Of a stretch of DNA of 52,573 nucleotides, positions 8,708-17,734 are shown piece by piece (within the stretch, counting starts at the first letter, position 1; each line of letters begins with the position of its first letter). The position numbers were made by a program, and so were the translations under genes. The stretch is from Myxococcales bacterium. Lineage in GTDB: Bacteria; Myxococcota; Myxococcia; Myxococcales; 40CM-4-68-19. The notes under the pieces are model-generated. The model searched no databases. It saw only the letters and a program-made list of their open reading frames with translations, and had not been told where the DNA came from. Location: positions 1 through 52,573 of the forward strand of contig DATFTN010000104.1 of the NCBI GenBank assembly GCA_035261845.1, written 5' to 3'.

Positions 8708-11700
8708 GTGATGCCCACGCTGCCCGTCAATCCCGACGACACCGTCCGGACCGCGGCCGACATGGCGCAGAGCGACCGGCTCGGCTCCGAAGGCCGTTGG
8801 CTGGACGTGCCCCGCCTGCCGCAGTTCAACGGCGAAATCAAGAGCTTGCTGTGGTGCGGCCGGGCCTCGGCGGCCATGGTGTACGACTTCTATTGCAAGG
8901 TGCGGGGCAAGACCTCGGAATACGTCGCCCACCTCACCGGCGACCCGGGCCCCGGCGCGCACGGCAAGATCAAGGACAACCTGAGGTGGTCGGGCGGCAG
9001 CCACAAGGGCGAGCTGGCCGGCCTCGCCGACGACGGCAAGGTGTACCCGGCGGCCATCTTCAAGAAGGTGGGTTGGACGCCCAGCGAAGGCTATCTGCAG
9101 AAGTCGGCGGCCGAGAAGATCTCGACCGACCGCGCCGAAGTGGAGAAGCGTTTCGCGCCGCTCCTGGAACAGCTGGCGAAGAACAACCCCGTCGTCCTGT
9201 ACAGCCGCCTCTCGACCGGCAACAGCCACGGCCACGTAGTGGTGGTGTCCGGCTTCAAGCGCCTGCAGGGCGAGCTCTGGCTGCGCATCACCGACCCCAC
9301 CCAGCCGCAGGAGGGCGTGCTCGGCGATCGGAACTGGGCGCTCGTCCAGCGCAAGCCCGACTCGTTCTCCGAGTACTGGGTGCGGGCGGGCCGGTTGCTC
9401 GAAGACCATCCGGAAGACAAGGGCAAGCGCCTGCTCAGCTACATGGACGACGACAGGCTCGGGCGCTACCTCTTCGTCGCCGATCAGAAGGTCGCCGACG
9501 ACAACGAGCTGATCCACCCGGTCGGCACCGGCAACGACGGCCCGTCGAAGAGCAAGGGTGGCGGCCAGGGCAAGGACGCGTCCGCCGGACAGGCCGCGGC
9601 GGCGAAGGTCCCACCGGCGCAGGGCGGCACCTCGCTGCCCTACGACCGGAACGGCTCGCAAGCCATCGACGCGGAGTCGCTCACCGCGCTCTACCATTCC
9701 AGCGAACGCGGCCTGGGCGGTTTCTTTCCGCTGGGCGATACCGGAGCCTTTCACTGCGGAGCGCACTTCGCCACCGAGCGCAACGCGAACGTGCGGGCGG
9801 TTGCCGGCGGAGAAGTGGCGGCGGCGCGCCTGTCGGGCGGTCCCGGCGCTCATCCGTGGGGAGACATCGGCTTCGTGCTCCTGCGGCACAGGGTCAAGCC
9901 CGGCGGCGCCGAGAAGGCCATCTTCAGCCTGCACCTGCACCTCGACCGCGAGGCGCTCCACCCCGACCGCACTCGCGCCGGCTGGCTCCGGCGGCTGCTC
10001 ATCGCCGCCAGCGGCATCGAGCACGGCAAACCGAAATGGCGCGTGCCTCAGGACACGCCCACCTGGAAGGACGAGGACAAGGGCAAGTTCTCGCCCACCA
10101 ACGTCAAGCTCGACCAGGTGGTGAAGGCGGGCGTGTACGAGGAGCAGGACCGGCTGGTCGAGGACCATGGCACCTACGCGAAGCTTTCGGGCGGCTGGAT
10201 CCGCGCCGCGATGCAGGACGGCGACGCCGCCGCCAAGGAGCTCTCGCCCTGGGCCGACTTCGACCTGGACCAGGCCGCCAAGAAGAGCCCGGCGGTCGAG
10301 GCCCTGCGCGACGGCAAGGTGGCGGTCCTCGACGGCGACAAGGACGACAAGGGCGCGCGCAAGTGGACGGTGCAGCCCGGAGAGGTCATCGGCGCGGTGG
10401 GCACGTACCTGAACGTCGACCAGATGCATTGGTCGGTGTTCTCCAAGGATGCGGTGTTCCCGTCGGGATCGCTTCCCAAGGCGGAGTTCGGGCTCAAGGA
10501 CGAGGTGAAGCTGAAGGACCTCGACGTCTCCTCCAAGGACGCAGGCTCCCTGGACCTGTCCAAGCTGCTGATCGAAGCGCTCGAGCCGGACAAGAAGACC
10601 CTGGGCAAGGTGCCCGAGGGCGTGGTCGCTCCGGGCGAGGTGCGCCGGTTCTACCGATCGCCCAGCGAGAGCTGGCGCAGCCGCTACCTGGCGGTCAAGG
10701 GCCTCGCCGATTTCAAGCTCGAGGTGGACAAGCTTCTCTCGCTGGAGCGGAACAAGTCGCACACCGAGGACGAGAAGAAGAAATTCAAGCAGAACGCCAA
10801 GGCATTCGTCTTCTGGGACGATCTCTCCTCCGTGGAGGGTTTCCCCAACGACGGGAAAGCCATCTTCGTCCACCCCGCCAGCGCCCTGCGGCTCATGTGC
10901 GGCGTCGCCCTCGCAGCCGACCACGACGACGCGCCCCCCGAGGCCGGCGAGGTGGGGCCCCATCCACACGAGGACATCACGCTGGCGCTGCGCGATTCCA
11001 AGGGACCCCTCGCCGCCGTCGAGGTCATCGTGCGCTGCGAGGGCGCGCAGGTCGTCAAGGGGAAGACGGACTCGCAGGGACTCCTGCTGGTGCCGATCGA
11101 CCGGGTCGCCGACAAGCAGATCGAGATCGAGGTCGCCGCCAGCTGCGTCCCGGACAAGGCCCGGCTCACGGTGGCGGCCAACGACACGGCCGCGCCGCGC
11201 ACGCTGCAGCCCGGGGCGCCGCAGCAGACGTTCAACGGCACGGACACGCTGCCGCTGTCGCGGCTGGGACTGCGCCTCAAGGTCAAGGACGGCCAGGCGC
11301 CGGGCGCGTACGCGGAGTTCAACCCGCGCACCCACAAGGAGTCGAAGAAGATCCGCGCGCTGAAGCCCGGCGAGGTCTGCGAGGTGGAGCGGATCGTCTT
11401 CCACCTCGACGACGGCAGCGCCGAGGTGATCCAGACGCACGTCGACTCGCGCGCCTGCTACGTGTGGTCGATCTGGAAAGGCGAGCACAACTTCGAAGCC
11501 GAGATCGACCCCCCGGGCAAGGCGGGAGAGAAGAAGGGGAGCAAGGATCCGGTGGTGCTCGCCTCCTGGTCCGCCCAGAAGGCGCACCTCAACGATCACC
11601 CCGTCCTCTCGGCCCGGGTGAAGAACATCTCGGACGGCACCGAGCTGGAGGTGACCTTCTTCGCCATGCTGGTGACGGGCGCGGAGGAGCACGACGAGGA

Positions 11701-13063
11701 GCTGCACGGCCAGAAGGTCAAAGTGGCCAACGCCGGTTTCTCGGTGCCGTTCGATCCGCACCAGCTCGCCGCCGACCACGACCTGCTCGGCCATCCCCAG
11801 CCGGTCTTCGCCAAGGTGAAAGTGGGCGACAAGACCCTCTCGCTCCGCGACGTCGCGCTCACCGTCTACGATGGCCCGCGCGAGCAGGAGCGCCCTCCTC
11901 CGGCGCCGCAGAAGGCCCTGGAAGGGGCCAAGACCATCGTGGCGTTCATGCAGATCGCGCGCACCTCGCCGCTGGACGACAAGCTCTACCTCGACCGCTA
12001 CCGCACCGCCGACGACAAGGAGCCGCAGGTGCGCAAGCTCTCGCAGCTCTCCACCGAGCTGCGCGGGCGCTTCGTCCAGGAAGGCGATGAGGAGCTGTAC
12101 ATCGGGACGGTCGGCGGCGAGATGCACCTCGCCAGCGAGGATCTGCAGAACGTCAGCGCGGCGAAGGCCATCACGGCCCAGCGCGAAGCGCTCCAGCGGC
12201 TGTATCCGGACGCGCCCCTCGACAGGATCTTCGCCAAGCCCGAGGACGCATGGTTCAGCGACCGGGGCATGACGGTGGGCATCTGCGCGCAGGACTGTCC
12301 CAAGGGCGTGAACTCGCGCGGCAAGGCCTCCGGGTGCACCGAGCAGATCCGGACCAAGAACCTGCTCGCCTGCGCACTGGTGCCGGCGGCCAAGAAGAAG
12401 GAGGGCGAGAAGGACCTGACCGACGCCTGCCGCTCCGCGGTCAAGGAGCCGACCAAGCTACCGATCGTGGCCGGAAGCTGCGCGTCCTACCTGAACGCCT
12501 GCCACAAGGTGAACCACGACAAGTCGAAGTGCTTCCTGCAGACGGTGGTGCGCGGACCGGAGAGCGAGGAGCGCGCCCGCTGGTACGTCTCCTTCCCCTG
12601 GGTCACCGAGGAGTGGCGCAAGCAGCCGCACAACAAGCGCAGGTGGCCCTACCACGGCGACAACTCGGGCGCCGTCGAGGGCAAGCAGGTGCACGGGGTG
12701 CGCAACTTCCGGGTCCTGCTGGTGAACCCGCAGAACGGCAACGCGGTGGTCTGCTCGGGGCAGGACTGGGGAAACCACCGCGAGGAGAAGTACAGCAACC
12801 CGAAGATCGATTCGGCCGCGGTGGAGAAGGACGAGTTCAAGACCAAGAAGCTGCGCCGGGTGTTCGGGCTCAATCCCATCGTGAACTGGAAGCTGGGATT
12901 CAAGAACAGCGACGCGCAGACGGTCCTGTTCGCCTTCGTGCCCGTGGGCACGCCGCTGGGACCCGTGCCCGAGGGCACGGTGATCAAGCTGCGCAAGCAG
13001 GCCACCTATCTGCAGATCATGGGCGTCGAGAAAGTGCCCGACCAGGTGGAGGAGCAGAAGTGA
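8708..13063 (+). CDS. Giant multidomain protein (1451 aa): C39-like papain-fold Cys peptidase, split M23/LytM-like domain, beta-sandwich module, Cys-rich C-terminus with weak RlpA/DPBB-like segment
   Basis: SD GAGGAGG at about 8696-8702, followed by GTG 8708 / ATG 8711. Motifs are PQFNGEIKSLLWCGRASAAMV ... GHVVVVSGF ... ITDP (papain-like Q/C/H/D); FHCGAHF ... SLHLHL ... GEVIGAVGTYLNVDQMHWSVF (M23-like); ITLALRDSKGPLAAVEVIVRCEGAQVVKGKTDSQGLLLV (CarboxypepD_reg-like); nine Cys in the last ~250 aa; and FRVLLVNPQNGNAVVCSGQDWGNH. There is no signal peptide. Confidence 0.8.
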   Translation: MMPTLPVNPDDTVRTAADMAQSDRLGSEGRWLDVPRLPQFNGEIKSLLWCGRASAAMVYDFYCKVRGKTSEYVAHLTGDPGPGAHGKIKDNLRWSGGSHKGELAGLADDGKVYPAAIFKKVGWTPSEGYLQKSAAEKISTDRAEVEKRFAPLLEQLAKNNPVVLYSRLSTGNSHGHVVVVSGFKRLQGELWLRITDPTQPQEGVLGDRNWALVQRKPDSFSEYWVRAGRLLEDHPEDKGKRLLSYMDDDRLGRYLFVADQKVADDNELIHPVGTGNDGPSKSKGGGQGKDASAGQAAAAKVPPAQGGTSLPYDRNGSQAIDAESLTALYHSSERGLGGFFPLGDTGAFHCGAHFATERNANVRAVAGGEVAAARLSGGPGAHPWGDIGFVLLRHRVKPGGAEKAIFSLHLHLDREALHPDRTRAGWLRRLLIAASGIEHGKPKWRVPQDTPTWKDEDKGKFSPTNVKLDQVVKAGVYEEQDRLVEDHGTYAKLSGGWIRAAMQDGDAAAKELSPWADFDLDQAAKKSPAVEALRDGKVAVLDGDKDDKGARKWTVQPGEVIGAVGTYLNVDQMHWSVFSKDAVFPSGSLPKAEFGLKDEVKLKDLDVSSKDAGSLDLSKLLIEALEPDKKTLGKVPEGVVAPGEVRRFYRSPSESWRSRYLAVKGLADFKLEVDKLLSLERNKSHTEDEKKKFKQNAKAFVFWDDLSSVEGFPNDGKAIFVHPASALRLMCGVALAADHDDAPPEAGEVGPHPHEDITLALRDSKGPLAAVEVIVRCEGAQVVKGKTDSQGLLLVPIDRVADKQIEIEVAASCVPDKARLTVAANDTAAPRTLQPGAPQQTFNGTDTLPLSRLGLRLKVKDGQAPGAYAEFNPRTHKESKKIRALKPGEVCEVERIVFHLDDGSAEVIQTHVDSRACYVWSIWKGEHNFEAEIDPPGKAGEKKGSKDPVVLASWSAQKAHLNDHPVLSARVKNISDGTELEVTFFAMLVTGAEEHDEELHGQKVKVANAGFSVPFDPHQLAADHDLLGHPQPVFAKVKVGDKTLSLRDVALTVYDGPREQERPPPAPQKALEGAKTIVAFMQIARTSPLDDKLYLDRYRTADDKEPQVRKLSQLSTELRGRFVQEGDEELYIGTVGGEMHLASEDLQNVSAAKAITAQREALQRLYPDAPLDRIFAKPEDAWFSDRGMTVGICAQDCPKGVNSRGKASGCTEQIRTKNLLACALVPAAKKKEGEKDLTDACRSAVKEPTKLPIVAGSCASYLNACHKVNHDKSKCFLQTVVRGPESEERARWYVSFPWVTEEWRKQPHNKRRWPYHGDNSGAVEGKQVHGVRNFRVLLVNPQNGNAVVCSGQDWGNHREEKYSNPKIDSAAVEKDEFKTKKLRRVFGLNPIVNWKLGFKNSDAQTVLFAFVPVGTPLGPVPEGTVIKLRKQATYLQIMGVEKVPDQVEEQK

Positions 13064-15759
13064 ACTGGCGGAAGTACTACCAGCGCTGGGCCGATCGCGC
13101 GGGCGCCACCGGCAAGATCGACGACGTCAGCTTCGTACTGGAGCCGTGGGAGGTCCCCGGCGAATCGCCGCTCCAGGTGCGCGCCTGCAGTCGCGCGGGG
13201 CATCCGCAGAGCTCGTTCGCCAAGATGGTGGACACGCCCAAGACATCCATCACGCTGCACCACACCTCGGGGTACGGGAACTTCGGGACCCTGATGGGCG
13301 ACTCCAAGGGAGGCGCCCATTTCCTCGTCGGCCGGGACGGCAACGCCTACCGCCTGGTGGACACCGAGAAGGTCGCCTGGCACGCCAACCTCTGGAGCCT
13401 CCATTCCATCGGCATCGAGGTCGACAACCCGGGCAACCTCAAGCTCAAGGACAAGACCTTCTACGACGAGTACCACTCCCCCTACTGCACCAAGGACGAC
13501 GAGGGCGTCTGGGTGGAGAAGCAGTGGCCGAACTACGGAAACTACTGGGCCACCTGGAGCGAGGAGCAGTACGTGGCGGTGGGGCAGCTGCTCAAGGCGC
13601 TGTGCGCCAAGCACGGCATCCCCAAGATGATCCTGCCGGAGGACCGGCGCTACAAGGCGTTCGACGAGAGCCAGAAGCAGCGGTTCCGCGGCGTCTGCGT
13701 GCACGTCAACGTCAATCCCGACAACCGCGACGACCTGGGCCCTTTCGTCGACTGGCCCAAGCTCATCCGCCATGCCGGCCTGGGCGAGGGCGACTGCTTC
13801 GGCTTCGGGCCCGCGGCACCGGAACCCGACAAGCCGCCGAAGAAGGCCAGCGCGCCTGCCGCACCGAAGCAAACCGACTCGCCGGCCCCGAAGAAAAACG
13901 GGCCGGCCGCCGCGAGCGCCCAGCCGAAGCCGTTGCCGCCGCCAGTGTCGGTCGACGCGCACACGGTGCGCGTCTCGATCGGATCGCGCCCCGGGCGTAT
14001 CTCGCTCACGGTCAAGGCGGCCGGCGAGGAGCTGAAGCCAGCGCCCAGGGGCGAGGCCCCGCAGCCTCCCGCCGGTGCCGAGGGCAAGCGGGACAAGTTC
14101 GTCGCGGCCGCGCTCTCCTACAAGGGAACGCCGTACCTGGCCGGCTCGGACGATCCAGCGAACGGCGGGCTGGACGGTCCGGGGTTGATCGCGCTGTGCC
14201 TGAAGAAAGTGGAAGTCAAGCTCGACCGCCAGGACGACAAGCCCTTCGACGCTCCTGCGCTGGCCGCCCAATTCCCCCCGACGGGAGGAGACCCCTCGGA
14301 CCCGCCGGCGGAGATCGCGCCCGGCGACATCGCCTGGTTCGGCGAAGGCGACCACGATCATGGCCCCGCGCAGCACGCGACGATCTGGCTGGGGAACGCC
14401 AGGGTGCTGGGACCGCGGCCGGGGAGCCAGGACGATCACCACGGCGCCGTGCAAGTGATGGCCATCGCCGACGTGGGCGAGAAGTTCTCGGGGTTCTCGC
14501 ACGTCGACGAGCTGGGCAAGGCGGTGTCGGCCGGCGACGCGCACCCAGCCGACCGGCCGCCGCGAGGGGCCGCGGTCACCGCTGCTCTCCTCCCCGCGGA
14601 GCCGGACGCGCTCTACGAGGCCCTGCAAGGCGTGGTGAAGGACGCGGGCGGCAAGTGGATCGCGGACGCGGGCAAGATGAACCTGGTCGGGGTGACGGAC
14701 CTGGTCGATCGCTGCCAGGTCTCGCCCCTGCGGAACGGGTGGAACGACACGCTCTTCGCCGCCTGGGTCGACTCCGACGGGCACCGGCACGTGATCGACG
14801 CCCGCGCTTCCCTCAACCCGGGCCACGACGCCGACCCGGCGGGGACCTGGCACCTGCTCGAGGGGGCCTACACCTTCAAGCTCGACGGGAACGCGCTGGT
14901 TCCCGACGGGAAGGTGCGCGGGTGGTGCGACGACAAAGGCGCGGGCGCGCCGCGTCCGCCGCAAGGGCCGCCGCCCTCGACCGAGGGCGAGCTCAAGTGC
15001 AATCCGCAGCTGCGCGCCCTCGGGCAGTACGACGATCGCTGGAACCAGCACCCGCTGCGGGGCGACGTCCCGGCGCATGGCCCCTTGCCGACGAGCCAGA
15101 CCTGGAGGGGAAATGCCTGCCACCCCACCTCGGTCACGATGGTCTTCCGCTGGATCGAGGACAAGACCGGAGGCAGGTTCAAGTTCCCCAGCAAGGAAGG
15201 CACCGGGATCGACGAGGACGATCATCCGCGGCGGCTGATGGAAGTCTTCTGGCCGGACCAGGGCGGCAAGGTGCCGGGGAAGTCGATCCCGCACGACGAG
15301 CTGATCGCGCGCGCCGAGAAGGCGCTGGGCATGAAAGAGAAGACGGCCAAGCTGTCCTTGTCCGGCGGCCTGGACAAGCGCCTCGCGACCTTGCGCAAGG
15401 CGCTCGCCAAGGGACCAGTGGTGATCGGGATCCCGGATCACTTCGTCGTCCTGCAGGGAATCGACGGCGACGACCTGCTCATCTGCGATCCGGGGCAGGT
15501 GCTGCCCAGCAAATGGAAGCTCGAGGACGGCTCGCCGGTGCCGAGCGTCAGCAATACGGACGCCTGCGGGCGACCTCCGGAGTCAGCCTGGAAGGGCCGC
15601 AAGATCGGCACGGACCGCGACAAGCTCATGTACGCGCGGGTGCCGATCCACAAGAAGGTGCACCGGCCGACCTACTCCGGTCACAAGGAGGTCGGCGCGG
15701 ATTTCCTGGTCAATCTCCTGAAGCGGGCCGAGAGCTTCTGGTGGGCGGAGGGCGAGTAG
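13060..15759 (+). CDS. Giant multidomain protein (899 aa): Amidase_2/PGRP N-acetylmuramoyl-L-alanine amidase, Pro/Lys linker, NlpC/P60-like domain (Cys substituted), unknown module, C39-like papain-fold peptidase
   Basis: GTG 13060 overlaps the upstream TGA (GTGA). Amidase_2 motifs are ITLHHTSG, AHFLVGRDG, VAWHA, SIGIEVDN and VCVHVNVNPDNRDDLGPFVDW. NlpC/P60-like motifs are YKGTPYLAGS..GGLDGPGLI ... PGDIAWF ... HATIWLG. C-terminal papain-like motifs are LGQYDDRW..NACHPTSVTMV ... DHFVVLQG ... ICDPG. There is no signal peptide. Confidence 0.8.
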   Translation: MNWRKYYQRWADRAGATGKIDDVSFVLEPWEVPGESPLQVRACSRAGHPQSSFAKMVDTPKTSITLHHTSGYGNFGTLMGDSKGGAHFLVGRDGNAYRLVDTEKVAWHANLWSLHSIGIEVDNPGNLKLKDKTFYDEYHSPYCTKDDEGVWVEKQWPNYGNYWATWSEEQYVAVGQLLKALCAKHGIPKMILPEDRRYKAFDESQKQRFRGVCVHVNVNPDNRDDLGPFVDWPKLIRHAGLGEGDCFGFGPAAPEPDKPPKKASAPAAPKQTDSPAPKKNGPAAASAQPKPLPPPVSVDAHTVRVSIGSRPGRISLTVKAAGEELKPAPRGEAPQPPAGAEGKRDKFVAAALSYKGTPYLAGSDDPANGGLDGPGLIALCLKKVEVKLDRQDDKPFDAPALAAQFPPTGGDPSDPPAEIAPGDIAWFGEGDHDHGPAQHATIWLGNARVLGPRPGSQDDHHGAVQVMAIADVGEKFSGFSHVDELGKAVSAGDAHPADRPPRGAAVTAALLPAEPDALYEALQGVVKDAGGKWIADAGKMNLVGVTDLVDRCQVSPLRNGWNDTLFAAWVDSDGHRHVIDARASLNPGHDADPAGTWHLLEGAYTFKLDGNALVPDGKVRGWCDDKGAGAPRPPQGPPPSTEGELKCNPQLRALGQYDDRWNQHPLRGDVPAHGPLPTSQTWRGNACHPTSVTMVFRWIEDKTGGRFKFPSKEGTGIDEDDHPRRLMEVFWPDQGGKVPGKSIPHDELIARAEKALGMKEKTAKLSLSGGLDKRLATLRKALAKGPVVIGIPDHFVVLQGIDGDDLLICDPGQVLPSKWKLEDGSPVPSVSNTDACGRPPESAWKGRKIGTDRDKLMYARVPIHKKVHRPTYSGHKEVGADFLVNLLKRAESFWWAEGE

Positions 15760-15762
15760 GCC

Positions 15763-17733
15763 ATGGCCGATCCGCAAGACAAGCACGCCGTCGTCGAGGG
15801 CGACGCTTCGAAGGTCCCGGTGCAGATCGCGGCCGGCTCGGCGAAGCCGGGCGATCCGCCGCAGCGGCCCACCAAGGGGACGCACCTCGTCTTCGGCGGG
15901 CCGGATCCGCAGTCGCCCTGGGGGCAGATCGCGGCGCTGATCGGCGCGGGCGGAAGCGTGCCCTGCACGCTGGTCGGCTCCGCGGTGCTGGCCAAGGCGC
16001 AGGCGAAAGGCAAGAAGCCCGGCTCGGGCGACAAGCCCAAGCAAGACAAGAAGAAGGACGAGCCCCCGCCCGAGGACAAGCAAGAAGATATGGAGATCCA
16101 CCCCGCGGCGGTGGAGGACATCTTCCTCCGCGGCGAGGAGTTCACCCACGCGAAGGAGAAGGCGCGGGTCTGGGCGCACCCGGACACGGTCTCGCTGGGT
16201 CCGCGGCCGCTGGTCGTGTTCCTGCACGGCATCGAGCGGCCCCAGAAGCAGCCGTATCCACAGCTGCAGGACCGGATCGACATCGACCAGCTGGTGCACG
16301 TCGGGCTCCTGGCGAAGAAGCTCATCGATGCAGGCAAGGTCGAGCCGCTGATCATCGCCGCGCCGACGTGTTCCACCGACGAGCGCCCGGGGAGCCGCCT
16401 CTGGACCGACTTCAACCTGGGGAGCTTCGTCGACGACGTGCGCAAGGTGCTGGACAAGCACGGGCTGAAGGTCGACGACGACGAGGTCTGCGTCGTCGGC
16501 CACAGCGGCGCCGGCTGCAACCCGGGAGGCGGCCTGCTCAAGCTCGCCAAGCACGGGGCGAAGCTGGGCGAGCACGAGCTGAAGGTGTTCGGCCTGGCCG
16601 ATACCTGCTGCACGGACTGGGCCGGGAAGATCGTCGGCCCAGGCATGGGCCAGCTGCAGAAGACGGTGCTGTACTCGCTGCACAGGGGCACCGGCGGCGG
16701 AGGAAACAGCTCCTACGCGACCGCCAAGAAGTGGGCCGACCTGCTCGGCGCGACCCAGCTGGTGAAGGCGCCCGCTTACGCACCAGGCGAAGGGCCTGAG
16801 ATTTCCGATTACCGCACCGACGGGCAGGACCCTCCCCGCCGGCTGAGCCTCAAGATGGCGGCGAAGCCCGACGCGGGGGTCACCTCGGACGGCGCCGTCT
16901 TCACCCACGAGAAGGAGTGGTACGGCAGCGGCGCCGCCAAGAAGGGCAAGGTCGGCACGCACTACGCCATGACGCTGAACTGGATCTGGTACGGGCTGCA
17001 GCGCTTCTACCCGCGCGTCTCGGCTCCGGAGGCGCAGCCCGACGCGGGAGGGGCCGCCCTGCCGCAGGCCGGCCAGCACAAGGCGGAGCTGGGCCGGGCG
17101 GGGGACGATTGGACGGAGGTTCCCTCGGGACCCCCCGCCTGGAACGCTCCCGGCCCTGCGCCGCGCTCGAATCCCCCTGCGAGCTTCGCCGATCCGGGCA
17201 GCGGCCGCTTCTGGCCGGTGCGCACCCAGAGCACGTACGGGCGAGCGGTCGCGTACATCGGCGAGGATGGAAAGGGATACGGCGGAGGAGCCGGGTCGGA
17301 TCCGACCGCGCAGCGCCACTTCCTCGCCCCGCAGCAGGCCACCGACGGCAGCTGGCTGAACGCGGGGGTCGATCTCTACGCCGACTTCGGCGATCCGGTG
17401 GTGGCGCCGGAAGAAGGAGTGATCGCGCGCTTCGATCCGCTCTGGCCCGGCGTCTCGCGGGTGCTTCTGCACTGCTCCAGCGGCCTGGTGATCTGCTGCG
17501 GCGGCGTCGATCCGGATTCGCTCGCGCAACTGGAGCTCGCGGTCGGCGACGCGGTCAAGGCTGGCAGGCCGATCGGCAAGGTGGGACGCCCCGACGACGG
17601 TGAGGCCATGTTGCACTTCGACACCTACCCCACCGGCACCCCCGAGCCAGTGCCGCTCTGGGACAAGTCGCAGCTCGACAAGGTGCTCGACCCGACCGCC
17701 TATCTGCTGGCGCTGGCCAGAACCGGGCTCTGA
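15763..17733 (+). CDS. Multidomain protein (656 aa): disordered K/E/P-rich N-terminus, GxSxG alpha/beta-hydrolase (esterase/lipase-like), C-terminal M23/LytM-like domain
   Basis: ATG lies 3 nt after the upstream stop. Motifs are PLVVFLHG ... VCVVGHSGAG (nucleophile elbow) and, at the C-terminus, WLNAGVDLYADFGDPVVAPEEGVI ... LLHCSSG ... AVKAGRPIGKVGR...MLHFDTY (M23-like). There is no signal peptide. Confidence 0.8.
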   Translation: MADPQDKHAVVEGDASKVPVQIAAGSAKPGDPPQRPTKGTHLVFGGPDPQSPWGQIAALIGAGGSVPCTLVGSAVLAKAQAKGKKPGSGDKPKQDKKKDEPPPEDKQEDMEIHPAAVEDIFLRGEEFTHAKEKARVWAHPDTVSLGPRPLVVFLHGIERPQKQPYPQLQDRIDIDQLVHVGLLAKKLIDAGKVEPLIIAAPTCSTDERPGSRLWTDFNLGSFVDDVRKVLDKHGLKVDDDEVCVVGHSGAGCNPGGGLLKLAKHGAKLGEHELKVFGLADTCCTDWAGKIVGPGMGQLQKTVLYSLHRGTGGGGNSSYATAKKWADLLGATQLVKAPAYAPGEGPEISDYRTDGQDPPRRLSLKMAAKPDAGVTSDGAVFTHEKEWYGSGAAKKGKVGTHYAMTLNWIWYGLQRFYPRVSAPEAQPDAGGAALPQAGQHKAELGRAGDDWTEVPSGPPAWNAPGPAPRSNPPASFADPGSGRFWPVRTQSTYGRAVAYIGEDGKGYGGGAGSDPTAQRHFLAPQQATDGSWLNAGVDLYADFGDPVVAPEEGVIARFDPLWPGVSRVLLHCSSGLVICCGGVDPDSLAQLELAVGDAVKAGRPIGKVGRPDDGEAMLHFDTYPTGTPEPVPLWDKSQLDKVLDPTAYLLALARTGL

Positions 17734-17734
17734 T

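Noticed and set aside
8651-17616. Very long minus-strand ORFs antisense to the giant operon (8651..12127, 1158 aa; 13006..15441, 811 aa; 15583..17616, 677 aa)
   Set aside because: These are typical GC-rich mirror-frame shadows. Their translations are Arg/Gly/Ala/Leu/Val low-complexity sequence with no recognisable motifs. The + strand frames carry clear enzyme motifs, high GC3, SD sequences and start/stop coupling.
8708-17733. Interpretation of the hydrolase cluster as a prophage lysis cassette or as T6SS/Rhs/CDI polymorphic toxins
   Set aside because: I saw no holin-like small TM ORF, phage structural genes, integrase or att-like repeats. I also found no PAAR, VgrG, Rhs/YD, MIX, LXG/WXG or filamentous-haemagglutinin motifs and no interleaved immunity ORFs. 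The absence is judged by eye and should be re-checked with HMMs.
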